Assembly (NCBI GenBank): GCA_043228905.1
Contig: JBHGNT010000020.1
Location: 2,666,001-2,730,000 of the forward strand
Source of the DNA: Azolla caroliniana
Taxonomy: Eukaryota; Plantae; Polypodiophyta
Direction: 5' to 3'
Length of the DNA stretch: 64,000 nt
This document shows, one piece after another, positions 1 to 11,439 of the stretch. The notes beneath the pieces are model-generated. The model had not been told where the DNA came from and searched no databases. It saw only the letters and a program-made list of their open reading frames with translations. The translations under genes and the position numbers were made by a program. How positions within the stretch are numbered: the stretch's first letter is position 1; every line of letters begins with the position of its first letter.

Positions 1-1093
1 ATTTATTGAGATTCGATTCTGAACCATTTCCATAAACATTTCTCAGTAGTTTCTCCTCCAAAACTTCGTTTTTTTGATAAGTCACAGAATTCTTGATTCG
101 TAATACATCATCTGGAAGCATTGGAACATCAACCATCTCATTTCCCTTTCCTATATCAACTTTGGCTTGTAATTCCATTTCTCTCAATACTGTAAAGCCA
201 GAACTATGAATACACTCGTTCATACTTGGACAAGGCTTCACCACTGCCAAACCATTGTTTTCCTTCTTTGCATATTGTTCACTTTTCATTCTATCCTTTC
301 TCCTTACATAAATTCCCTTTATGGAACTATCTGAACCTCTAAAACTTCCAAAATTCTCATCACCTAAGTTTGGATGCTCGTCTAGCACCAGAGGCATGGT
401 AGTTTCAAAACAATCAATACTTGAATCAACCCAATCTTTATGTTTATGATTTGTTTTTGTGTGATCCATCATCGCCTTGGGACCTATAACCATCATTCTG
501 TTTGGTTCATCAACTGTTTCTACATGATCAGTGTTTGTGCTTCCAATTTGGAACAAGGGTCTTTCTTGTTTATTTTCTGGCATTGCATCCTCTGTATGGA
601 GAACAGCTGCATCTTCAACTTTTTCAATAAGACAATTAGTTGGAATGTGCAATTCCATTTTCTCTTCATCCTTCACTGGTTCTGCAATTAGCTTTCTTCC
701 ATCTTCTGTAGATGTAGCTGTGCCAATCAGAACATCAGGTTTGGCTACAGCATAGTGGACATCCTGGTGGGCTATTTGACTAAATGCATGCAATGAATAA
801 TTTTCCATATTGGGACGAAACCTATTTTTGGGAGATTGCATATTCATATCATCTACTTCATCTCTCAAGAAATTCCCTCCACAAGCTACAGTTGTATCTG
901 TCATTCTCTTTAATGTCTGTTGGTGGTCTCCACTGATTGGTTGTACCAACTTTTGCATCTTTTCTATTACCTCTCTCTTCTTTCTAAGCTCTAATTTCAA
1001 CCTCTTTGAGGTGTCTTGGGCTGTTATAAGCTTGGCCTCAGCATCCTGGGCCCTTCTTCTCTCTGCTAAGTACCTTTTTTCCATCTCTAAAAC
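1..1093 (-). CDS. Host gene exon 4 (VLEMEKRYLAERRRAQDAEAKL...), runs off the window edge
   Basis: Acceptor GATTTCAG| at 1096-1094; I translated 364 codons with no stop to base 1. It is absent from the ORF track because it has no stop in the window; it continues the coiled coil of exon 3. Confidence 0.85.
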
Positions 1094-2832
1094 CTGAAAT
1101 CGAGGCACATGTCCTTAGTAAAAACATCACAGGAGAGCATAGCAGAAATTTCATAAAAATAGCGTGAGGGGAATGATATACTAAATAATGTTAGGACCTG
1201 AGGTTATTCTAGGATCTAGGTCAATACAAAATATAGGTAACAAAAAACACACAAACATTTGCGACCATGCCAAATAAAGAAATATAAATTAATGTCTGTA
1301 AAAGACCATAATTTAGCCAATCAGACCTGACAACGATCGCAACTGTTTGTGTTAGCTTGTCAATGTGAGTGAACGAAGGGAAATAAATGACTTTCTATGC
1401 TAGCTACCTAAAATTACATGTCTTGAAATGTAATAATGAATCATGAATAACCAACAATCATAGTGCCTAACCATTACTAAATAAAGATGGCATGTCTTCA
1501 TGAAGGAAATACACAGTATTTTATTTCTATTTTTCATATATATCTAGCATTTTGTTACTTTTAAGCATCAACATAGAAAGCAGTTGATGTACTTCATAAA
1601 AGAAGAAACGGAGGTTCTTGTTTATAATTGATCTTTTAATTTTGCATTGCTTTAAAGTTCACCATATAGAACTTCCAATGTGAAGAGAGTTCAGACAGTT
1701 GATCGCCTTTAACCACAGTTTCCAAAATTGAATCATGGGCTGGAACTAAAATTAAGCAAAAACGGAAGATCTTCAGTTGTGTTTGAATCTGATTTCCTTT
1801 TTCCACTCAGTTTTTTCTTTCCTCTTTTTCTCTAAAGCCTATAACGATTAGGAAAATACGATTTGTTTAGAGAATTGTGAAAAAATTTCCAAGTTTCAAA
1901 AAGCTTTAGGAGACACATGATAATCAAAAACTAATGTAAGACGATGTGGTGAATTTCTTATTGCTTTTTGCAAACTCAAAAGTGTCAAAAACTGATGGAG
2001 AATACGTGTAGAAAAACAAGAAGAAGATTTCCTATCAAATTGGCTTGGGAAATTCTTGTCCAGAGTATCAGTGACAAAATAAAGAACTAACCATGTGCAC
2101 ATCCTAGGGCAAGTTTTCTAGTAGCACGATATGGAAATGACTAGCAGTTCATTATATCTGACTTGAATTTTAAAGTTAGAGATTCAAAACATTTCTCAAA
2201 AACGAATTAGATTAGTTATACTTTGTAGGGAAAGCTCCAATATTCTTAATAGTAAGAACGAACTATAAATGCACTATTTAGAAACGAATAATGCTATGTC
2301 CAATTATCCATTGAAATCAAAGTTCAATTCTAATTTCTTAAGTAATCAACAAGCAATGGAGCAGATGAAATCCACATGCATGGACCAGCCCACCTACAGG
2401 ATCACCTCAGGGTGGGTGCTGAATGCATCTAGGGGTCACAGACTGACCATATAGCCAGATCCAAGGAATAGTGGAAGTGGAACAAGCTGTCTTCTTCTGC
2501 TTGTGCAAACTATGAGGAATTCAAAAATGCCCAAGGCATAGTATTGAAATCTAACTGACCAGCTACCTCTCAATAATCAGATCTCGAACATTCTCTGTTT
2601 GACCACATTCACCATGTTTTATATTTATTTTTTTCTCTAAAAATTCATCAATGTTCCTGAAAAACATGTTGGGGATTGGGTCTTCAGTATATCAAAGACG
2701 TGAAGGTGCTAGTGAATATCATATTCAAAAAAAACCATTTGACTTATAGCTCCTCCATGAAAATTGAGAAATCTATTGCCAATTTTTAAGCATACAAATG
2801 AGCCTTGACAGTTTTATCAATTAATTTATAAC

Positions 2833-2897
2833 CTCTCTCTCTCTCTCTCTCTCTCTCAGAGGTCATATTTGACCTCCGAAGACAATAATATAATCTA

Positions 2898-2976
<79 letters not shown>

Positions 2977-3114
2977 ATTTAGCTTAAACTCTATTTTTAT
3001 TTTTACTTTCGATGAATGGGTAAATATCCCATTTTTTTGTAAACCATTTGTCTCATGGGTCAATTTTGGCCTTAGAAGACATTAATATATCTTTCTTTCT
3101 CTCTCTCTCTCTCT
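2833..3114 (+). mobile_element. (CT)n tract with two stacked, 5'-truncated LINE 3' ends (2858-2973 and 2974-3114)
   Basis: 2974-3114 aligns with the 3' end of the LINE at 40790-40931 (…gtctcatggg.caa.tttggccttagaagac.ttaatatatctttc). 2858-2973 has the same hairpin+GAAGAC..AATATA motif and a (TC)n tail. Confidence 0.8.
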
Positions 3115-3161
3115 ATTGAAAGGTACATTATACTTCTTCTATCATTTTATTAATAATAAAT

Positions 3162-6100
3162 ATGCCAAGAGGACTAAAAGTCAATGATGATGTGATTGAA
3201 AGCCCAAACAATCAAATGCATACTTTGTCAATGGAAAAGATGGCAGCTATGTATATCTCATTGCAAGAGACAGTGATGCATATGCAAACCAAAATGTATG
3301 CTTGTTGCTTGTAAGGAGAGAGAATTAACTCTTCAACATACAATGGAAATGCAAAAGTTGGACATTAAAGCTTTGCGTGAAGAACTACATGCAATGAAGA
3401 ACATGACTATTCAAATGCACGATAATCGGATGCCTAAAATAGAAAGAAAAATGTTGAGTCTTGAGGCAGAAAAAGAGATTTTAGTGAAGGTAAATACCGA
3501 AATAAAATCTACAATTGAAAGGAACAAAGATGTGATCATGACAAGGTGGAAAGATGTTCTCTTGAAAGAAACACCAAAAATCACGCAAAGGCATTCTAAT
3601 ATCATGGATATGTTAGATGCAAAGGAGCAATATGAAATTGAAAAAAGAAAGAATAATATTGTCATTAGAGGTATGCAAGAAAATGAAACAAAAAATGCAT
3701 TATCTCTTGGAGAGAATATTATGAAATTCTTTGAAGATCACTTTGCTATGCGAGATGTTATTATATATGCCGCACATAGGGTTGGCAAAAAGTAACTAGA
3801 GGGAAAGTCATCTCGAGCTATTGTTTGTACACTCCTTGATGAACATAAAAGGGCTATGATTCTAGATAGTCGTAAGGTGTACTTAAAAGGGACAAGTTTT
3901 TTTATAATGGAGGATAAAACTCCACAAGGGCAAGAACATAGAAGGCAAGCATATGCATCTAGGAAAGCAAATCAAAATGCATAGTAACCAACGACCTATG
4001 GGACTATAAGTGCTTCACTATTGAAAGTAATGTTTTGGAACTGTAGAGGATATCCATGGAAGTAAGGGTTTAGGACTCAATGATGTAGCTCAAGGTATGG
4101 ATATTATAATTTTGGCTGAAACATGGGAGCACGAGGCAAAACGTATACCTAGTTACCTCATAAAATCGATATGGCCTCACTCCAAAGGGAATATTGGGCG
4201 TGTCGGGATAGCATGTATCTACCATGAGAGCTTAGATAATTTTATCAAAGTATGCAAATATGATGACTATAAGAGATACATATGGATAGAGGTTAATTTG
4301 GGGAAAGAGAAGTTGTATATAGTTGCATGCTACATTCCTCCCAAAGACTCAAACTACTATAGTAGGTTTAGGTTAGATTGTGCCAATCCTTTTACAGAAT
4401 TATACCATGATATACTTTCATTTGAGAAGCTTGGTAAAGTTTTAATTATAGGAGACTTCAATGCAAGAGTTGGAAATTTCCAAAATGTGGAGATATTTGA
4501 AGGAAATGAAGTAGAACATTGTCTATTGCGTAACTAGGAGGATTGTGTCATATTAGATTATCGAGAACTTTTGATACATATGCTAAATTGCACAAACTTG
4601 ATTATCCTAAATGGTATAAAGGCATTCCCATTGACAAATGTGCTCACATGTTTACCATCCTCGGGTCGAGGAAGTGTGGTTGATTACACATTAATGTTGG
4701 CATGTGATCTATCATTGGTGAATGTGTTTAAAGTTGGTTCTCTATCTCCGAACTGAGACAACAAGCCATTGTACTTAGAGCTTTCAATTCCACATTTCAC
4801 CAATAGATGCCATGGAGTGAGAGACGAAAAGAGATGTGTCGTCTGACCTTGCTACAAAAAAGCTAAGATATATGCAAATGAAGTGGAGAACAATTTGTTA
4901 AATTTTTCTCTAAGAAACGATATTAAAGAAAATTGGCAACATTTGAAGGATATCAATACTTTAAGAGGCATGTGGGTGGGCATAAGATGTGTAGATGTAA
5001 TTCTTGGTTCGACGATGAATGTAAGATGTATTTCAAATGGTTTAAGTCCATAGAAGGGGAAAATGAAAAGATTGTTCCATGGCACCTATATAAGAAAGTA
5101 GTGAGGAGAAAGAAAAGAACATATTTCCAAATGCAAGAGATGAAAAAGAAAAACTTGTTTAAGCTCAAACCAAAATTAGCATGGAGACAACTCAAGGGTA
5201 AGAAAGAAGACGTGAAAAGGTCACTTTATAAATGAAGAGATGTTAGACTATGTACAAATGCTATATATGCATGAAGGTGTGGCTCCTATTATTGAGAAAA
5301 TTGAAACATCATGCACTACATGTATCGATATTGATGATATCAATAAGGGAATAAAGAAGATAGCGAGTGGGAAAGCAACAAATGCAACCTACGTCTCAAG
5401 TGAGCTTTTAAAATGGACAATGCCACATACTTGTCATTGGATAATGACAATTATTGAGCAAGCTATTAAACAAGGATTTCCAAATGGTGAGCTCAACTAT
5501 TGCTAAATTATATAACACTATTGGCTTATGAATTGGATTAAACCAATATTTGAAGTTGGAGATAACAATCAAGTATCAAATTATCGTACAATAATGGTGA
5601 GCTCAACTATTGCTAAATTATATAACACTATTATGGAGCAAACGATAAGTACATGGGCTGAAAGTACAAGCAAAAGAGCACTTGGGCAAGCAGGATTTAC
5701 ACCAAAACACTCGACTGTGGATCATTTGGTTACATTGAGAGTAATCATGGAAGAGACTCGACTACAAGGAAAAACACTTTTTTGTTGTTTTGTTGATTTC
5801 AAGAAAGCTTTGATACCATACCATGAAGTGAGCTTTGGAATAGAATGGTAGAGATTGACATGCCATTAGAGTATAGAGTTGTTGTTGCACGCCTATATGA
5901 ACAAGTGAAATGCCAACTAAAAATGGATAGTGGATTCTCAAAGCACTTTTTAAGTAACATGGGGGTCAAGCAAGGATGTCTACTATCCCCCACACGCTTT
6001 GGCTTATGTATTCAATTAGAAGAAGTGGTGAATAAGGTTGCAAGAGAAGAAGGATTGAATGGCCCCAAATTGATGCAACATGTTATCTTATTGCTTCTAT

Positions 6101-7420
6101 ATGCAAATGATGTGGTACTCTTCTCATATGATGTTGATAGTGTGCAACATTTACTTGGGGTATTAGAAGAATTTTACCATAGTAGTAGACTAGCAGTGAA
6201 TGTGGAGAAAACAAAAATGATGGAAGTGCAAACCATCCAACCTCATCATTACCCTATGATCACATATAGAGGTGAACATATACAATTTTTTCAGAGCTTT
6301 AAATATCTTCGCATTGATGTACCTGCCACAAATAAATAGAGTACATGCTTTGATTCTAGGCTCCACGCCAGTTGGAAATCGTATTACCTTTTGGAGAACC
6401 AATGCAACCAAAGTGATACTTGTGGACGGGAAGTAAAACTAATGTTGTTCAATGCCATGGTAACTCAAGTATTGCTTTATGGAGTAGAAGTATGGGGTGG
6501 CACCATCTTGCTTAATGCATGGAATGAGATTGAGAAAATTCAAAAGATGTTTTTAAGGAGGCAAGTAGGAGTTAAATGCACTACCTCTTACCAGGTTATG
6601 CTCTTAGAAACAAGTGTTCGACCCATAGAAATGTTAGCACTCCAAAGAGTATATAAATACATTACAAAAGTCGAGAATATGCCGAATCATTGATTACCAC
6701 ATCTAGCTTGGAATGTTGGATGTAAGCTACAAAAGAATCATAAGAGTAAGATTCTCTCATCTGGTTTGGTTGTTGACATAAGGAAATGGTTTAGAAGATG
6801 GGGTGTGGATGATCTTTTAGAGCTTTTCGGGCGATGCTATGCATTATGTAATGATTGAGGAAAGCTTGGTGGAATCATTAAGGATGAAGTGGGAAGATGC
6901 TACGAGGACAAAGCTAGAATACTACATTGCAAATGTCAACCCTGAATGTTGATCTCAATATAAAGCAAGAATGCCTATTGATCATATCCAACCTTGTCAT
7001 TACCAATATGAGTAGTAATGCTCGTAGAGCCCTTACACTACTTCGCACTTGATCTCACAAGTTAGGCATTGAAGTTGCATCATGGTATCAAAATGTAACG
7101 AATTTGAAGACATGTAATGTAAAGTATTCAATGAAGGCATGGTAGAAGATGAATGTCACTTGCTCTACACATGCTCGACATATAGTGCAATTCGTTCAAG
7201 ATATGTTGACATACTAAGAGGGAGTGATAACTTAAGTGCCATACTCAAGACACCACCTAGAAGGTTGAGCTCATATGTGCATGCTTTATTCACACATAGA
7301 GACTTTGTGCTTCAATGTATAAATACCCTTTCTTAGGAAGGAGACACATATCAAGAACACATGTATACTTTGGTCCCATAGGTCAAAATTGGCCTCTTTA
7401 TGTACGATAAAAAATTCTAA
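3162..7420 (+). mobile_element. Decayed near-full-length LINE (RTE-X/L2-like) in intron 3, antisense to the host gene; ORF1 ~3162-3985, ORF2 ~4030-7336
   Basis: ORF1 coiled-coil plus KRKNNIVIRG motif; ORF2 APE (IILAETW, IIGDFNAR, SVVDY), RT (CFVDFKKA, GVKQGC, YANDVV), C-terminal EDECHLLYTC; many stops and frameshifts. Confidence 0.9.
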
Positions 7421-8267
7421 TTTTGTATATATGATGTTGCAAAGAGATGACTGGATTTGATGGGCTCTACATTAATGAAGGATGCAGAAGAGCAGTATGC
7501 AAACCACATATACATGCTATAAGTATGATTTTTCATTCGAGTAGCCATCCCAAAAAGTGTAAGCTCAAATCTAAATTTTCCATTGACACCCAAACCCACA
7601 CATGGTTTGAGAAATTTCAAAAATTGGCGAACTGGGCAGAATTAGAATTTGATCCCTAGAGAGATTGTGTTCTTCAAACTATGAGCAAGTTTGTATAGAG
7701 AACCAAGGAGCATGTATTATATCTCAAGAACAATAAACATTGTACTTCATCTTGAAGATCACCATCCACCATGAAGGGTAAAGAAACTTCTAACTATGGA
7801 GCAAGCTTGTAAACAAAAAGCAAAGCATACGTATTACCTTTAAAGAAAAATTGTTCTAAGGGCAAACCATAAACATGCACTAATGCACCTTAAGAGAATA
7901 AGATAGATACATCTGCTCAGAATACAGAGTTCCCCATAAACAATCTCAAGCATAGGAAACATGAATAGAAATATTAACCCAAGAAAGTGCAGCATCCCGG
8001 TTCCAGCACTAGGTACGTCATGTCAATTTCCTTTTATATATTCGGTAAAGAAAAGCAAACTAACCTGGTATGTCCATGAGCTAGTGTGAAACCTATTCCT
8101 ATGGGAAGTTGAGTTCGATTACCAACATATTCAAACAGGCACTCTGTTTCTATAACTCAATGAAATAAAACTTGCATTGAATAACCATGATGAGAACAAA
8201 GTAGAACTAAACCATGGTGGATCCCATACACACATTCAAATCTCAAACTAGAGAGTGTTCTACATAC

Positions 8268-8534
8268 CTTGGCATCGCTGTCAGTTTTTAATCGAAGAAG
8301 CATCATCAGAGCATGCTGCTTCACCATAGAGAGCTCATGTTCAAGTGTTGTAGCTCTCTGCTCAGCCATCACAATACGGTGTGCTGCATCTTTCTTTAAA
8401 TTGTCAATAGCCTCATTGGCTGCTTGCTGCAAAGCACACAGAACCTGTGATTGGACGGTATCCATAGCCTCTTGCAAAAGCTTCGTTGCTACGATTTCTG
8501 CATTTGCCAGGCATGATTGTAGAACACTTTGGAC
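8268..8534 (-). CDS. Host gene exon 3, coiled-coil (VQSVLQ...KKDAAHRIVMAEQRA...LLRLKTDSDAK); resembles the uncharacterised plant AT1G19010/AT1G74860-type N-terminal domain
   Basis: Acceptor TTTCAAATAG| and donor AAG|GTATGT; 267 nt, open, phase 0/0. The family resemblance (K-[ED]-AA-x-R-[VI]...LLRLK) is from memory, not searched. Confidence 0.85.
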
Positions 8535-8642
8535 CTATTTGAAAGGTTAAAAATAAAAAACCCATGTTATAAGCAAACTTGTCCTATCCTATAAGAAAAT
8601 AATTGAGAAACTCTAAACATGAAATTGCAATGTAGCACATAC

Positions 8643-8795
8643 TTCAGTAGAAGAAATGCTGGAGATAGATCCATTATCATTTGGGGAGGAAACCAAAATG
8701 TCACTTTTCATTGTAGTGGTCGTAATAGCCGAAGGAGAAAATGTTTCTGGATCTTTGCTAGAATCACCTGAGCATGCAGAATGCAACCTCCCTTT
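8643..8795 (-). CDS. Host gene exon 2 (KGRLHSACSG...SISSTE)
   Basis: Acceptor TTTGAATAG| and donor GAA|GTATGT; 153 nt, open, phase 0/0. Confidence 0.8.
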
Positions 8796-9742
8796 CTATT
8801 CAAAGAAAAATATAACCTTTATGAAAATTCTTCTACAGGAATAAATTTGATATCAATTTTTATCTCTATAGTTATATAGAAAACCTCTAAGTGAGAAAAC
8901 CACAATTCCAGATAAAACATTCCTTAAGAGGAAAAAAATACAATTCCAAGTAAATTTGCCTCTAAGAGAAAACAGCACCCAAAGTAAAAGTTTGCCTCTA
9001 TTCTGAACAAGCTTCTATTTAAAGAAAAACTCCAGGTATAATTAGCCTCTGTAACAAGTAATTCTGAACAAAACAGAAATTATAGGTAAAATTTGAGTCG
9101 ACAGTTATGGATGAAAGCCTCTAAGAGAAAAAAGAAATTTCAGATAAATCGTTGACTCTATATAGAAGCCTCTTGGTGGAAACAAAAATTCTAGGAGAAA
9201 TTTCCCTCAAAACAGAGAAATAGCACTCCAAGAAAGTTCTTGCCCCTATAATTTGTATGGAAACTTCTAAAAGAAAAAACATGATCCATATGGAGGCTTT
9301 CAACAGAAAACAGTATATTTTTCCTTCATAATCATGTGCAAAAACATATAAGAAACATGGATTTTTTTATCTCTAAGAAAAAACTGACATTCCAGGTAAA
9401 TTTCACCTCCAAGGGATGGCAAAATGTTCATTAGAAATTGCTTCTACTACTATACAGAATCTTGATGAATGGGATATTTATTTTTCCTGCACTGATGTTT
9501 AAGAAAGAAGAAGAAGAAGAAGAAGAGAAAACACCAATTCCAAGCAAACTTCAGCATCTATAATTTGCATGGAAGCCTCAAAAAAAACCCAGAAATTCTA
9601 GGCAAAATTTCCCTCTTCAGAAGAAACAGACACACCAGATTAACGTTTGGCCTCAAAGAGAAAACGTGCATGCCTTAAAGTAGCAATCAATCAGGCATTA
9701 GTTTTTCTAGCAAAAAAGAATAAAGAAGGCGAAAGATCTAAC

Positions 9743-10171
9743 CTTGGAGTAGAAATGTTGCGATGAAGCTTTTTCAGCCAATTGAAGATCATCAGACAGA
9801 GAAGAATTCTGAGACAGAGAACTAACCATGTCTTTCTTCTTTTCTTCTTCTTCTTCTTCTTCTAAACGCCTTTCTTTCTTCTCCTGAAGATCAGATTCAT
9901 GTAAGATTGCTTCGAGTAGAGCCACAGACTCCTTCTTTTCTTCTTTCCTTTCATTTCCTTTCCGTTCCTCTTCTTCTTCCTTCTCGTCCATGTCTTCCCT
10001 GTGCTTAGAGCTAATCGAGGAGGGGAACTCTTCTCGAACCAATTCTGACAGGAAAGTGGTCTGTTGCTGGAGTTGCTTCTCTGCTCGGATTTGGCTCTTT
10101 CCGCCGCGATAGAGGTAGAAATGGTTGGGGGAGTCGGAGTCGTGAAGCTGCATGAGGGGAGCAGACGCCAT
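9743..10171 (-). CDS. Host gene exon 1 (MASAPLMQLH...HFYSK), Glu/Lys-rich N-terminus
   Basis: ATG at 10171; 429 nt = 143 codons; ends at donor AAG|GTTAGA (GT = 9742-9741); phase 0 joins the next exon in frame. Confidence 0.8.
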
Positions 10172-10227
10172 AGCCGAGCATCAGAGAGGGAGACAAGAGA
10201 CAGACAGACAGACAGACAAAACAGACA

Positions 10228-10276
<49 letters not shown>

Positions 10277-10395
10277 TTTTTTTTTGCAAAGAGTCAATTC
10301 TCATCACAACAAAGATTGAAGGCCAAAGGAAAGGAAAGTCTCTTCTTCTTCTTCTTCTTCTTCTTCTTCTTCTTCTTCTTCTTCTTCTTCTTCTT
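10228..10395. repeat. (GA)n and (CTT)n microsatellites in the probable 5' UTR of the host gene
   Basis: Perfect runs at about 10228-10272 and 10341-10395, just upstream of ATG 10171. Confidence 0.9.
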
Positions 10396-11036
10396 GTGTT
10401 GTTGGTTGAAGTCATCTCATAGAAAGGCCGGAGGAAAGTCTTGGTCAAGTCAAGAATAGTCATGCCAGTCATCCCTCGGCTCTAATTCGGTCCCCTTTAG
10501 GATTTGTATAAGGGATGGGATCAGGAAAAAAGAGAATAATTGAAAGGACTCAATATTGTGAACCCTAGGCTTTGCGTCAAGCGTACGGTATGGTCAGATG
10601 TCTGGTGATAAGCATGCATGATGTTGTCGTCTGTTTATGGATGATGGCCGATTGCGGAGCAACAATGCTTGGCGTAGCACTAATTCTCGCACTCCAGAAG
10701 CATCATCATGCAGGTGCTTTCCACAATAGAGCTTGTAAGAGCTCTCAACATAGCAGTTTGATCACAAATGCTCTTTCATAGATCTTGAGCATCACTAGGT
10801 AGGAGGTTGCTGGATTCAAAATTGTGGGTTTGAATCCATATAGTTTATTCTTCCATTTATCGTCAATTTTCTTTTATTATTCTTCTTGAACTAGATTTTG
10901 TTGTTCCAAGTTGCATCGATTGTTAACTAAAAGATCATCTTCATGGGGTCTATGAATGCATAAACGTGTTCTTCTTGAGGAGAGGCTCACCGAGAACTTC
11001 TTTTGTGTTAAGTATTCAGGTGACAAGTGACCCACT

Positions 11037-11439
11037 TGTTGGCATAAAAGGCCGACTCCTTCCACTTTGAATCCTTAGTATGAACACATTCTCTAGTCAG
11101 GGCTTGAGTATATAAGCTCAAACATAACATTTTAAAGAATCTCAGAGAGAAAGAGAGTTACAGAGAAGAGAATAAGAGATAATTTCCATTGAAGCTTCAT
11201 CTATGTCTATCTCCTACCTTTCTTGTTGTTGTTGTTGTTGCATATCTAAGTTATTTGTTGTACACATCTTATATTGCAGGTCCTTATCATATTCTTCATC
11301 TAATATATAACAAGTGGTATCAGAGCGACATTATTGTCCAACGTCAACGAATAGCAGAAAAGCTAAGAAGAGAAGACATACAGCTGAGAGAAAAAGACAA
11401 GGTCAACAACATCTAATTCCAAAAAAAGAATGGTGACGT
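11037..11439 (+). mobile_element. Probable Ty1/copia 5' LTR (~11037-11312) + tRNA-iMet PBS (11315-11326), cut by element C
   Basis: TGTTGG...TATATAA...AACA followed by TGGTATCAGAGC; the left LTR boundary is inferred; no partner LTR seen. Confidence 0.6.

Noticed and set aside
10011-10472. Poly-Arg / poly-Phe / (SL)n ORFs
   Set aside because: They are translations of (CTT)n and (GA)n microsatellites.
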